64,000 nt of DNA from an uncultured delta proteobacterium. Its GTDB lineage: Bacteria; Desulfobacterota; RBG-13-43-22. The translations under genes and the position numbers were made by a program. Positions 18,566 to 28,479 of the stretch are shown here, piece by piece. Position 1 is the first letter of the stretch. Each line of letters opens with the position of its first letter. Location of the stretch: positions 736,001 through 800,000 of the forward strand of contig CAWBOS010000006.1 of NCBI GenBank assembly GCA_963790475.1, given 5' to 3'. A model generated the notes under the pieces. It searched no databases. It saw only the letters and a list, made by a program, of their open reading frames with translations, and was not told where the DNA came from.

Positions 18566-19387
18566 ATGATCAACAACTCAGCACTCCAAAAATGGGATCG
18601 ACTGGCCCAGAAACAATTGGATCGACAGTTCATGAATGAAATCATCCAAGGTCTGCAATGCTCGCCTTTCGAAGCCGGTGCCATCCTGGACACCGTCTAC
18701 AAAGTGTATCGACCTTATTTTGAAACCAGTGGCACGCTTAAGCCAGGGCAATTACTCTTTCAGGTAATTGCGGTGGAAGCGTCCCCGAATAAACCTTTAG
18801 CTCAGGGCCGACAAGTGACCGTAACGCTGACTCTCGATTCCGGTCCGGAGGACCTGAAGATCCGAAAGCAAAAAGGGATCATCGGACTCAGGCAGCACCG
18901 ACTCCAGCGGGTTTGTCACGAAGCCTTCCAACAAGGAGGCTTGTTGACCCTGGAGGACTTGGCCAATCGGTTGTTCAATTGTGGCGAAAGAACCCTGTCT
19001 CGAGATCTGCAGGCCCTCCAAGAAAAAAAGGTTCTCTTGCCCCTTCGTTCCACGATTAAAGATATGGGCCGTTCCATTTCCCATCGTAACCTAATCGTCC
19101 AGGAATGGCTCCAAGGAAAAGAATATACCGAAATCGCTCAGACCACCCATCATAGTATTCCTGCCATAAAAAACTATATCGACAAATTCAAACGGGTCAT
19201 CGCTTTAACCGAGGAAGGATTTGACCGCCATACCATCGCCTTCCTGGTCAAACTTTCGGCTCAACTGGTTGAAGTCTATTATCAGCTTTATCAAACTCTT
19301 ACGATCGTTCCTCATCGGAAAGAAGAATTGTGCCTTTTTCTAAAAAAAAAGAGCCCCTTCCCGACGCCGCCCAGGAGGATCCGATGA
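18566..19387 (+). CDS. DUF1670-family HTH protein (copy 1)
   Basis: EAFQQGGLLTLEDLA, RTLSRD, DMGRSISHR, HSIPAIKNY; ATG 18566 with GGAGG RBS. Confidence 0.8.
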   Translation: MINNSALQKWDRLAQKQLDRQFMNEIIQGLQCSPFEAGAILDTVYKVYRPYFETSGTLKPGQLLFQVIAVEASPNKPLAQGRQVTVTLTLDSGPEDLKIRKQKGIIGLRQHRLQRVCHEAFQQGGLLTLEDLANRLFNCGERTLSRDLQALQEKKVLLPLRSTIKDMGRSISHRNLIVQEWLQGKEYTEIAQTTHHSIPAIKNYIDKFKRVIALTEEGFDRHTIAFLVKLSAQLVEVYYQLYQTLTIVPHRKEELCLFLKKKSPFPTPPRRIR

Positions 19388-20133
19388 TTAAAGCGCCGGA
19401 CAGTCAAAAACGATATAACGCCGCCAGAGATCGCTTCCTCCAGGCGGGAATGATCAACTTTTTCGCCCGTGAATTCCCCAAACTCTTTGGCCCAGTGATG
19501 CGGCAAAAACTGGCCGAAGAAATTGTTGGTCTTTTTGAAAGCCTATCCCCGGAAGTCAAGCGACTGAAACCGGGGCAAATCCTTTGGAATGCCCTGGACC
19601 AGAAAACACGGGGCGATTCACCCCGCCGCAGATATGTTCCGGTCGTGTTATCCATCATTACCCCGGAGGATGTAGAACGACTGGCTCAAGGCCAGCCCCT
19701 GTCCCAGATCGCTGAAAAGGCCATCGCCCGCATAATCTTGGAAGCTCATGACCAAGGCGGCATCCTTTCCATGCGCGATATCGGCTTGCTCCTCTTAAAA
19801 CATCCATCCCAGGTCTCTCGGTTAAGAAAAAATTATGAGAAAGATCAGGGCTGCACTCTGCCGCATACCGGTGCCTTACATGACATGGGATCTTGTCTGT
19901 CCCATAAAACCACCATTCTGCAGAAGGTACTTGTCGAAAAAAAAGATCCGGCCGATGTCGCCAGAGAATGTCGTCATACTCAGCAAGCGGTCGACCGATA
20001 CCTTAAAGACTATCATCGTGTTAAAACGGTTTATGACCAAAATCAAGACCTAAATTATATCCATATCGTAACCGGATTAGCCAAACATGTGGTTAAACAG
20101 TACATTAACATCGTCAATCATGAAAACTTTTAA
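19384..20133 (+). CDS. DUF1670-family HTH protein (copy 2, divergent paralogue)
   Basis: EAHDQGGILSMRDI, DMGSCLSHK, HTQQAVDRY; ATGA overlap and AGGAGG RBS. Confidence 0.8.
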   Translation: MIKAPDSQKRYNAARDRFLQAGMINFFAREFPKLFGPVMRQKLAEEIVGLFESLSPEVKRLKPGQILWNALDQKTRGDSPRRRYVPVVLSIITPEDVERLAQGQPLSQIAEKAIARIILEAHDQGGILSMRDIGLLLLKHPSQVSRLRKNYEKDQGCTLPHTGALHDMGSCLSHKTTILQKVLVEKKDPADVARECRHTQQAVDRYLKDYHRVKTVYDQNQDLNYIHIVTGLAKHVVKQYINIVNHENF

Positions 20134-20154
20134 CTTGACCCGCCTACGGCGGGA

Positions 20155-20249
20155 TTGCCCTCATCCTTCATCATTGCGACGTACTTCTACGTACGTCTCA
20201 TTCCTCAGGATTTCGGGCGCCTTGTATCTGGACCTTTTTGAGCAACCTG
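20155..20249 (-). repeat. Truncated copy of the MITE-like element at 63500-63624
   Basis: Reverse complement aligns closely with 63500-63594; second terminal repeat missing. Confidence 0.9.
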
Positions 20250-20275
20250 TTAATAATGAGTTTTTCTACAAACAG

Positions 20276-21013
20276 TTAACTTATACCCGCGTTTGCTCTT
20301 TTTTGAAGAATCCGCCTGGCCGCCATTCGGACCGCAGCCGGAAGCATCAACCATTCATAAGGCAAGACCACTTCCTGCAGGGCCTTGGCTGCCTGTTTCG
20401 GATCCATCAACCCTTCACAAAAACCCTTTACGATGGTGCCCGGTATCAAAACTGCCTGCCGCAATAACATATCCCCGCCGTCATAATCCAACGTGGCCTT
20501 ATGCACGGTCGGATAGGTATAAAAATTATCCAACACCGTTTTCTTGGCGCGATAAATTAAGTCTTTCACTTCTTCCAGGACATGCTGGTGAACGGCCAGG
20601 GCGTACATCTTATCCCCGCCGTGACGGGCCGGATCGGCCGGATGAATATTATATATGTCCATCCCTTCAATCGGATAGACCTTATGAATACAGCCGACCA
20701 GAAAAATCAAATCCGTAAAGGTCGATTTCAAGATCCTGTTAACTGCGGCATTGAAATGATCCAACCCGGAATATTCTTTGTAATCGATCACCTCGCTGCG
20801 CACTCCATGGCTCCGGGCTTTTTCCAGACAACCGGCCCCTTTCCTGGTGCTGATCAGTATCGGCGGATTAATCTCCGGGATACATCCCGCCTCCCAGGCG
20901 GCCATGATGGAATTGGCATCCGTGCCGGAACCGGAAGCAATTAAGGCCAAATTAATCTTATCCGTGCCTGAGCTGCTTTTTGGCGAATAATCCTGTTTCA
21001 TTCCCTTTTCCAT
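20276..21013 (-). CDS. Divergent formyltransferase (PurN-like)
   Basis: LIASGSGTDA, NIHPA, HGG, TVH, YDGG motifs. Confidence 0.75.
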   Translation of the reverse strand: MEKGMKQDYSPKSSSGTDKINLALIASGSGTDANSIMAAWEAGCIPEINPPILISTRKGAGCLEKARSHGVRSEVIDYKEYSGLDHFNAAVNRILKSTFTDLIFLVGCIHKVYPIEGMDIYNIHPADPARHGGDKMYALAVHQHVLEEVKDLIYRAKKTVLDNFYTYPTVHKATLDYDGGDMLLRQAVLIPGTIVKGFCEGLMDPKQAAKALQEVVLPYEWLMLPAAVRMAARRILQKRANAGIS

Positions 21014-21152
21014 ACTTCTCTCCTTTATTAACCTGACTCACCTCGCCTCACGAGTCTCTTTTTCAGACAAGATTATTTCATTTCCCGAAAGAATCTCAAA
21101 CGGCTTGCAGACCCCCAAATCCCTCAGAATCATATTTTTGATCGAACTCGTT

Positions 21153-24100
21153 TTATTTTGTTGCTTCTTCGACGGTCTTGATCTCCTCCTCTGTCAGCCC
21201 ATATAGATCATAAACCAGTTGGTCGATTTGGAGGTCGGTTGCGTCGATCTGGCGCTGGAGGACGATCTTTTCTTGGTCAGTTTTGGCCTCGGCCACTTGC
21301 TTATGTAAGGACAGCATTTGCTCGACATGGGCGACCATTTGGTCATGATGGGCCGTTTCTGCGGAGTCGCGCTTCATAATAGAAACTATTGGTAATTGCG
21401 CCAGGAATTGACGGTTGGCAGAAAGCCAGCCCCCTCGAAAGGGTGCACTGACAAAAGGAAAATACCAACGCAAAAGTTTTGAATTAAGCAATCCGAGAAG
21501 ATATATCATACCCAGCTCTTGAAATGCAGGCTTTAAAGTAATACCCCCAACGTCCACATTGTCCAGGAAATGACTGCCTTCTTGGTCATAAGCAGCATAT
21601 AATTTATCGACAAGGCGTGGAACGCACAGCTTTGGGAAAGATTGTCGTGCCATGTTTTTAAGGTAAAGATATCCGTACCAATGTGTTCCCTTTGCTTTTC
21701 CTTTTTCGCGTTCTTCTAATCGCTTTCTATTCTTTAGAAGGTATTCTGCGGTTTTTTGATAATTTTTAGAGATCAGATTGAAGTCAATCAATTTTACTAC
21801 TGAGTTTTCAATTCTATAGGGGAAAAGAATATATTGGCGGCGTGGCAAAGCGCGGTACCGGTTTACGTCTGATCCACTCACTAATGGGAACAATATATCT
21901 TTCTCAAATATCCAATCATCCCCAAGGGATTTGGATTTCAACCGCAAGGTGCGCGGTGTCTCTTCGATAAAATCCATAATGAATACATCATCTGCACTTG
22001 TTTGCAATCCAACAAAAACATCGGCTACCAATCCCAATTTTAAAGGTATCTCATTCAATCTCTCAAAAAGTCCAGCACTTTTTCCAATGGTAAAATTCCA
22101 TTCAGAAGGAGTAATTCTTGTTGAAGGAATTATTCTCTCGTTTGCCTTTCTCGTTTTGCTCCAGATATTCAAATCATCTACCTTAATAAATTGGAATTGT
22201 CTTGTACCTACCTTATCCAAGAATAAAAGACATGTATAAGTCGTCGCTCCGTCGAAGACCTGCTGTGCTCCAAAATGAACTATTTGAGAAAGGTGATTTC
22301 CCATTGAGATTGCATTGCGGAGAGGCTGGCCATACTGGGAATTAAAGAACTTGTGCGGCAGAATGAAGCCTAAATGCCCTTTAGGATTCAGAAGGCTCAG
22401 TCCTTTTTCAACAAAAACGACGTAAATGTCGTAATTGCCTTTACCGGCGGAAGCATAACGTTTCTTGTAAAACTCCACTTCAATAGGCGCCCACTCCTTT
22501 AAGGCTTGGATTCGCATGTAGGGTGGATTGCCAATGACTGCATCGAATCCCCCTGATTTCATGGCCTCGGGAAATTCGGTCTTCCAGTCAAAGGCATTGA
22601 TTCGATAAGCCTCATCTTCGTTCAAAAAGCTTAATTGCTGTCCTTGAGAAAAATCCGGCCCAATGAGGGAGTTGCCGCATTTGACATTATTGCCCAAATC
22701 TGGCAGGGCTCGTTCACGGAACAACTTGAGCTGTCTGGAGAAGGTTTGTTCGTTTTCTCCTTCCAGCACTTTTAATAAAAGCGATAGCTTGGTAACCTCC
22801 ACGGCTTGGGAGTCGATGTCCACTCCATAAATATTGTTCAGCAAGATGCGCTTACGCTCGGCAGTGGTTAGCTTCCACTCCCCCCTGTGACCTTGGCATA
22901 AAACAGGAGAACGTCCGGTGGTCCATTTCCGGGGTGTATTTTTCTGGTACCAGTCCAAATGCCAGCCCAGTAAATACTGATAGGCATTGATCAGGAATGA
23001 ACCCGACCCACAGGCCGGGTCCAAAATACGAATTTTAGCCCCCTGTTTGGGCGTCTTTCCGGTTACCAATTTCCCCAGGGTATTTTTAACGATGTAATCC
23101 ACAATATAAGTGGGAGTGTAATATACTCCACCGGCCTTCTTGACCTCCGGCTTGTCCTCTACGACTGCCCGGTGTCCGGCAGTCAGACGAATGACCTTCC
23201 CCAAAAACTGTTCATACACCTGGCCGAGGATATCGGCCGGCAGAACGAAAAATTCATAAGGGCTGTCGGGATAGTAAAGGTCCTTGATGATTTCCTTCAG
23301 CGGCGCATCATCAATAATCAAGTTGGGGGTGAGCCGGTCCGGTTCTTCATTCCGCCCTTTTTCTAAGGAAAAATGAAACAGGCCGGAATTATAACGTTCA
23401 TCGGCCAAACGGAAAAAATGATCAAGGCGGCGGTAAACATTGGTCCCATTGACTAACGATAAAAGCCGGTTGTAGTCTTCAATGCCCCGGTCCTCACAGA
23501 TACGCAGGAAAATGATCCGGTCGATAATTCGTTGGACGGAAAAGTTGAGCTCCCGCTGTGTGAGGTCCGGATTGCGCAGGGCCAGATTGCGGGCCAGGAG
23601 TTCCCGCCAGGATTCGATCTCTTTAAGAAAGGCCGTGTCCACCTCGGCCGTTCCTTTTTTCCCCTTACCCGCTTCGGCATATTTATCAAATGAACCCTTA
23701 AGAACCGCCTCATGAGAAAAGACAGAGACAATTTCTTCCCAATGTTGAACATATTCCTGTACGGTTAGATAAAGGACGCGGGCGGTTGAGGCTTTATCGG
23801 CCTTATCCGGTTTGATCCGGCAGTCATAAACAGCGAATTCTTCGAAATTGGTCAGGATACTCAAGGGAAGTTTAGCCGACCAGGCATAGCGGCGAAGCTG
23901 AAAGGCCGCGCCAATGTCTTCCTTAATCTTGATCGAGGGTTTCTTGGCTTCAATGAAAAATTTTCGGGTGCCGCCGATTCGGAAACAGTAATCCGGGGCT
24001 TTGGTCACTCCCCCCACTTTAATGGCATCTTCATGAATGACATCCTTATAGGACTCGGCATACCCCTGCTTGTTGTTCACGTCCCAGCCCAAGGCCTCAA

Positions 24101-24221
24101 AAAAAGGATCGACAAACTCCCGGCGCAACTGGGTCTCGTTGTAAGGGTCGGAATGATAGGCTTGATGGTTTTGTTCAAACCGGTTGATCAGTTCGGTGAT
24201 AACAGGAGGAAGTGCGATCAT
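21153..24221 (-). CDS. Type IIG (Eco57I-like) fused restriction endonuclease/N6-adenine methyltransferase
   Basis: PD...EAK nuclease, GVYYTP, DPACGSG, GNPPY, C-terminal TRD and LVYDLYGL tail. Confidence 0.92.
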   Translation of the reverse strand: MIALPPVITELINRFEQNHQAYHSDPYNETQLRREFVDPFFEALGWDVNNKQGYAESYKDVIHEDAIKVGGVTKAPDYCFRIGGTRKFFIEAKKPSIKIKEDIGAAFQLRRYAWSAKLPLSILTNFEEFAVYDCRIKPDKADKASTARVLYLTVQEYVQHWEEIVSVFSHEAVLKGSFDKYAEAGKGKKGTAEVDTAFLKEIESWRELLARNLALRNPDLTQRELNFSVQRIIDRIIFLRICEDRGIEDYNRLLSLVNGTNVYRRLDHFFRLADERYNSGLFHFSLEKGRNEEPDRLTPNLIIDDAPLKEIIKDLYYPDSPYEFFVLPADILGQVYEQFLGKVIRLTAGHRAVVEDKPEVKKAGGVYYTPTYIVDYIVKNTLGKLVTGKTPKQGAKIRILDPACGSGSFLINAYQYLLGWHLDWYQKNTPRKWTTGRSPVLCQGHRGEWKLTTAERKRILLNNIYGVDIDSQAVEVTKLSLLLKVLEGENEQTFSRQLKLFRERALPDLGNNVKCGNSLIGPDFSQGQQLSFLNEDEAYRINAFDWKTEFPEAMKSGGFDAVIGNPPYMRIQALKEWAPIEVEFYKKRYASAGKGNYDIYVVFVEKGLSLLNPKGHLGFILPHKFFNSQYGQPLRNAISMGNHLSQIVHFGAQQVFDGATTYTCLLFLDKVGTRQFQFIKVDDLNIWSKTRKANERIIPSTRITPSEWNFTIGKSAGLFERLNEIPLKLGLVADVFVGLQTSADDVFIMDFIEETPRTLRLKSKSLGDDWIFEKDILFPLVSGSDVNRYRALPRRQYILFPYRIENSVVKLIDFNLISKNYQKTAEYLLKNRKRLEEREKGKAKGTHWYGYLYLKNMARQSFPKLCVPRLVDKLYAAYDQEGSHFLDNVDVGGITLKPAFQELGMIYLLGLLNSKLLRWYFPFVSAPFRGGWLSANRQFLAQLPIVSIMKRDSAETAHHDQMVAHVEQMLSLHKQVAEAKTDQEKIVLQRQIDATDLQIDQLVYDLYGLTEEEIKTVEEATK

Positions 24222-25495
24222 TTCTTTTTTTTCGTGTTTCGGTTATGGGCGGGCAGGGATAGTCGCCACAAGGCATCCACCGGCAAAGCCTGCAATCGGG
24301 ATCCAAAGGGAATGGATTCGGTCCCGGTGTAAAAGACCAAACCCCGATGAAATCGTTTTCCGACTTCTTCTGATAAAAATTTTATTGATTTAAAGTCGTG
24401 GATACCCACGGTATTGCTGGCCTTGATCTCGATAGCCGTCAATCGCCCCTGGGCATCCTCCAGAATAATATCTACCTCTTGTCCTGATTGGGTGCGGAAA
24501 TGAAATAATTGCGGCTGTGTCCGACTCCAGGAAATTTGTTTCCGAAGTTCCATGACCACAAAATTTTCAAGAAGAGGTCCGACGTGGGAGGTATAGGCCA
24601 TACCCTGATCCGCCCTTAGTCCTAAAAGATGGGCCAGCAAACCCGTGTCAGTGAAAAAGATTTTGAAGGATTTAACCAGCCTTTTACTTAGGTTTCCTGA
24701 CCATGAGGGAAGCGTTTGAATCAGAAAGGTTATCTCCAACAGACTCATATAACGTTTGAGTGTCGTTTGGGGAATGGTGGTGCTCCGGGAAAGTTCTGAA
24801 AAATTAAGCAGGGAGGTACTTCGAACTGCCAAAAGAGAAAGCAATCTTGGCAGCATGGTAAGGCCTTCGATCTGAGCCAGATCACGCACTTCACGTTGCA
24901 GAATAGTGTTTACATAAGAATTGAACCAAGCTCTGCGTCGGGATTCCTGCGATCGAGCGAGAATCTCCGGGAAACCACCAGGCAAAACAATCTTCGTGAA
25001 AAGATCGGTGCGGGATGCTGGGTCCCCGACCAAGACCGGCAATTTTTCACTGAAGACGGCATCGATAAAATTTTTTTGAATACCTTCTTTTTCACCCTGG
25101 GAAAAAGGCCAAAGGGTAAGGATTTCCATCCTCCCCACGAGGGATTCGGAAAGAGAGGGCAGAAATAAAACATTAGCTGACCCGGTGAGCAAAAATCGGC
25201 CGGGTTGGCGATGGCGATCCACTTCGGCCTTTATAGCCAGGAAAAGATCAGGAACCCTTTGGACTTCATCCAAGACTACCGGTCCTTCCAGACCGGCCAG
25301 AAACCCGGCAGGATCATGTCGGGCGGCTGACAAGATAACCGCATCATCAAAAGTGAGATAACGGGCAGGATGCTCTCCGGAGGCCAACCAGCGGACCAAG
25401 GTGCTTTTCCCTGTTTGACGAGCACCGATCAGCATTACCACCGGGGTATCGTTTAAGGCTTCCAGAAGAAACGGGGTGATATTTCTCCGAATCAT
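24218..25495 (-). CDS. AAA_14 ATPase with DUF4143 domain
   Basis: GARQTGKS, LDEVQ, LTGS, GGFPE, DTGL, EVD...IEIK. Confidence 0.9.
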   Translation of the reverse strand: MIRRNITPFLLEALNDTPVVMLIGARQTGKSTLVRWLASGEHPARYLTFDDAVILSAARHDPAGFLAGLEGPVVLDEVQRVPDLFLAIKAEVDRHRQPGRFLLTGSANVLFLPSLSESLVGRMEILTLWPFSQGEKEGIQKNFIDAVFSEKLPVLVGDPASRTDLFTKIVLPGGFPEILARSQESRRRAWFNSYVNTILQREVRDLAQIEGLTMLPRLLSLLAVRSTSLLNFSELSRSTTIPQTTLKRYMSLLEITFLIQTLPSWSGNLSKRLVKSFKIFFTDTGLLAHLLGLRADQGMAYTSHVGPLLENFVVMELRKQISWSRTQPQLFHFRTQSGQEVDIILEDAQGRLTAIEIKASNTVGIHDFKSIKFLSEEVGKRFHRGLVFYTGTESIPFGSRLQALPVDALWRLSLPAHNRNTKKKK

Positions 25496-25611
25496 GGCTA
25501 AATTTTAACCGAATGCCGGTTAATTTTCAACCAAAAAATTTAAGGATGTCGGGACGGATTATGAGCGACTAAGGTGCATTAAGATAAGAGATTTTCCCTT
25601 CTATTGGGGAA

Positions 25612-27000
25612 TCAGAGGTTGCCTTCCTCTTGCATCTTTCCAATCGATCGTTGGAATACGGCCCTGGCTGTATGGTAATCCCACCCGGCCTCGACCTGGG
25701 TGGCCAGGGCTCGGGCTAAAGCGGTCTGAGAATCCAAGAGATCGGTTACCGTTCCGGCCCCTGCTTCATATCGTTCCTTGGCCAACCGCATACTCTCCTG
25801 GGCATCCTGAACCAAGACTTTGGCGGCTTGCACCGCCTCATAGGCTTCTTTTAATTTAGAATGGGCTGTCCAGACCTCCTGCCGTAACTTTAAAAGAAGC
25901 TGCTTGGTCTCCGCCTCTTCCTTGTAAACCTCGACCTTAGTCCTGGCCAGATGATGCTGCCGGAAAAACCCGGTAAACAGGGGCCATTCAATGGAAACCC
26001 CGGCCAGCCATTCTTCATCTTGGGGGAAAAAATCGGTGTCCCTCCGGCCATAACTTCCTTCGGCCCGAACCTTAGGTCCAAAGGCGCTCTTGGCCGCCTC
26101 CACGCCCTCCTTAAGGGCTTCTATTCTTTTTTTGGCGGCTTTGATCTCCGGGCGATTTCGAATGGCCTGATCCAGGGCCTTCGAAAGATCGGGGAAATCC
26201 GGGGAGATTATATCTTCTTCCTTGATTTCAAGGGCAAGAGGACTTTCTACGGCCAAGCCCATTATGGTGTTTAAACTTCCTTTTGAAATTTGGATCAGAC
26301 TTTTAGCCCTGACCAGGGTCAGCTCGGCGTTGGACGTTTCCACCTGGACCCGGAGCACATCGGCCCGAGAAACCGCCCCGGCCGCATTCCGTTCTTTGGC
26401 CAATCGTAAATGATCGTTGGCCCGGCTCAGATTTTTTTCCGCCACTGAAAACATTTCCATGGCCGCGGTCAATCCGTAAAAACCCTGATAAACACCCAGT
26501 ACCAGATCCTGCGTTATCCTGGCTTTTTCCTCCTCGGCCACCCCCTGTCTGGCCAGGGCCGAACGATATTGGGCCCTCCGTTCGCCGCTGTCGAAAAGGG
26601 TATAACGGACCCGGAATCCGGCCTTCCAGTCGTCAGTTGGCCCAATGATTGTGGGGATGGGATGGCCAATGGAATTGCCAAGGACAGAAAGCCCGCTGGG
26701 CAAAAAGGCATGTTGTTGCCAGCGGGAATACCCGGCCTGGACGCCCAACTCGGGATAATAAGGGGCACGAGATTCTGCAACGGTCTCCCTGGCCGTTTGG
26801 ACACCCTTCCCGGCCGCCTCCTGAAGGGGGCTGGTCTCCAGGGCGATTTTGATACAGTCCTGGAGTGATAAAGGCTTGTTCGATGGGTCCTTACTGAGAG
26901 ACTCGGCCCTGACCGGCGCGATACTCACCATCAGGATGACCACAATTCCCATGAATCGAATTATCAGGTTGTTTCTTTTAGTCCTATTGAAAGGAATCAT
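25612..27000 (-). CDS. TolC-family outer membrane efflux protein
   Basis: Signal peptide, two OEP repeats (ERYEAGAGTVTDLLDSQ); downstream of ABC exporter. Confidence 0.9.
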   Translation of the reverse strand: MIPFNRTKRNNLIIRFMGIVVILMVSIAPVRAESLSKDPSNKPLSLQDCIKIALETSPLQEAAGKGVQTARETVAESRAPYYPELGVQAGYSRWQQHAFLPSGLSVLGNSIGHPIPTIIGPTDDWKAGFRVRYTLFDSGERRAQYRSALARQGVAEEEKARITQDLVLGVYQGFYGLTAAMEMFSVAEKNLSRANDHLRLAKERNAAGAVSRADVLRVQVETSNAELTLVRAKSLIQISKGSLNTIMGLAVESPLALEIKEEDIISPDFPDLSKALDQAIRNRPEIKAAKKRIEALKEGVEAAKSAFGPKVRAEGSYGRRDTDFFPQDEEWLAGVSIEWPLFTGFFRQHHLARTKVEVYKEEAETKQLLLKLRQEVWTAHSKLKEAYEAVQAAKVLVQDAQESMRLAKERYEAGAGTVTDLLDSQTALARALATQVEAGWDYHTARAVFQRSIGKMQEEGNL

Positions 27001-27092
27001 CGCCTTCTCCTTGTTAGCGGGTAACTGTAAAAAGTTCGGAGTATTGAGATTTTTACTCCAAATTATTCATTCTGAACTAAAAACTGCCGGCG

Positions 27093-27260
27093 TCGTAAAA
27101 AGTCGTCACCAAGCCTGCCCCGGAAGATTTCAATCCGGCGGCGAAAGCCGGGGTCCAGGAAATTTTACCTACTTAAGAAAACTGGATTCCGTCTGGAGTC
27201 TATCCCGCACTTGATGCGGGACCGGAATGACTTCCATTTGGAATCCGCGATTTTTTACGA
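27093..27260 (+). repeat. Composite REP/MITE-like palindromic element with nested hairpins
   Basis: Terminal IR tcgtaaaaa/tttttacga; inner gtcacc...gaaagccggggtccag...ctggattcc...ggaatgac; two extra hairpins nested. Confidence 0.8.
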
Positions 27261-27346
27261 GTTCATCAAAACTAATTCCTTGTATCCTGACACCTTGGAT
27301 ACTATTTCAAGTCGCTGCATCCGACACAAGCGGATCCTCTATTTTC

Positions 27347-28477
27347 TTACGACATGGTTTTTCGAAATCGTTTTGAAGCCGTCCAAAGTACGATCAGACC
27401 CATAACGGCCAAGGCCGCCATATGATGCCAGAGAATAGTCACCCCCACCCCTTTGAGAAAGATGCCCCGAATAATGATCAGGAAATAACGCAGCGGATTG
27501 AGATAGGTCAGCCACTGGATGACCTCAGGCATATTGGCGATAGGAAAGACAAAACCGGAAAGCAACACCGCCGGAAATTGAAAAAAGAAGGCGCTCATCA
27601 TGGCCTGCTGCTGGGTTCGGCTGATGGTGGAAATTAAAAGCCCGGCCCCCAGGGTGGTCATGACATATAGGCCAGTGGCCAAAAGGAGCAGCAAGAGATT
27701 CCCGCGGATGGGGACCTCGAACCAAAAAACCCCGACCAGCGTAATCAGGAGCACATCAATAAAACTGATTAAGGCAAAAGGGACGGTTTTCCCCAAGATA
27801 AATTCCATGGGTGTAATAGGAGTGACCATGATTTGTTCCATGGTCCCGATCTCCTTTTCCCTGACAACGGCCATGCTGGTCAATAACAGGGTAATGAGCA
27901 TGACCAGCAGGGCGATCACCCCGGGCACATAAAAGTTCCGACTCTCCAGATTTTCGTTGAACCAGGCCCGCGTCTCGAGTTCCACCTGGCCGGGAAACGG
28001 GTTTCCACCCGACTGACGGAAATATCGATCGGCCAGGATTTCCCGGGCGTATTGGGCCACAATTTTACTGCTGTAGTTCAGAACTATAGCCGCCGTATTG
28101 GAATCGGTCCCATCCACGATCAGTTGTAAAGGAGCCGTTTCTCCGGTATTCAGAGTTTGACCAAACCCTTTGTTGATGCGTACCAAGGCCTGGACCCGGC
28201 CATGATCCAACAGTTCGGGGAGCTGGCTTTCCCTGTTTATATGTTCCGCGATCTTAAAATAACCGGATCGGACCATACGGTCCACCACTTCCCGGCTCTG
28301 AATAGTGTTGTCCTGATCGTATAAGGCCGTAGACACATTCTTGACATCAGTGGTCACCGCATAGCCGAAGATGATCACTTGAAAAACAGGCATCGCAAAA
28401 ACCATACCCCTGGCCCGGGGATCGCGGAAGATCTGAATGAATTCTTTAATCAGGATTTGTTTGATTCTCTCCCACAT
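27347..28477 (-). CDS. ABC-2 transporter permease (YbhR-like)
   Basis: KEFIQIFRD, REKEIGTMEQ, LSGFVFPIANMP. Confidence 0.92.
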   Translation of the reverse strand: MWERIKQILIKEFIQIFRDPRARGMVFAMPVFQVIIFGYAVTTDVKNVSTALYDQDNTIQSREVVDRMVRSGYFKIAEHINRESQLPELLDHGRVQALVRINKGFGQTLNTGETAPLQLIVDGTDSNTAAIVLNYSSKIVAQYAREILADRYFRQSGGNPFPGQVELETRAWFNENLESRNFYVPGVIALLVMLITLLLTSMAVVREKEIGTMEQIMVTPITPMEFILGKTVPFALISFIDVLLITLVGVFWFEVPIRGNLLLLLLATGLYVMTTLGAGLLISTISRTQQQAMMSAFFFQFPAVLLSGFVFPIANMPEVIQWLTYLNPLRYFLIIIRGIFLKGVGVTILWHHMAALAVMGLIVLWTASKRFRKTMS

Positions 28478-28479
28478 GA

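Larger units (their letters stand above)
18425..20153 (+). mobile_element. Candidate mobile cassette of two DUF1670 genes flanked by CCCGCCTA direct repeats
   Basis: CCCGCCTA at 18425-18432 and 20139-20146; both neighbouring repeats are cut at these points; own promoter; second stop 5 nt before the right repeat. Confidence 0.65.

Noticed and set aside
19340-19352. A9G slippery run that could fuse the two DUF1670 ORFs by -1 frameshift
   Set aside because: Frame relation fits, but ORF2 has its own AGGAGG RBS and ATGA overlap, so no frameshift is needed; not fully excluded
20276-21013. Assigning the symbol purN
   Set aside because: Divergent, with no purine genes nearby; only the formyltransferase fold is supported
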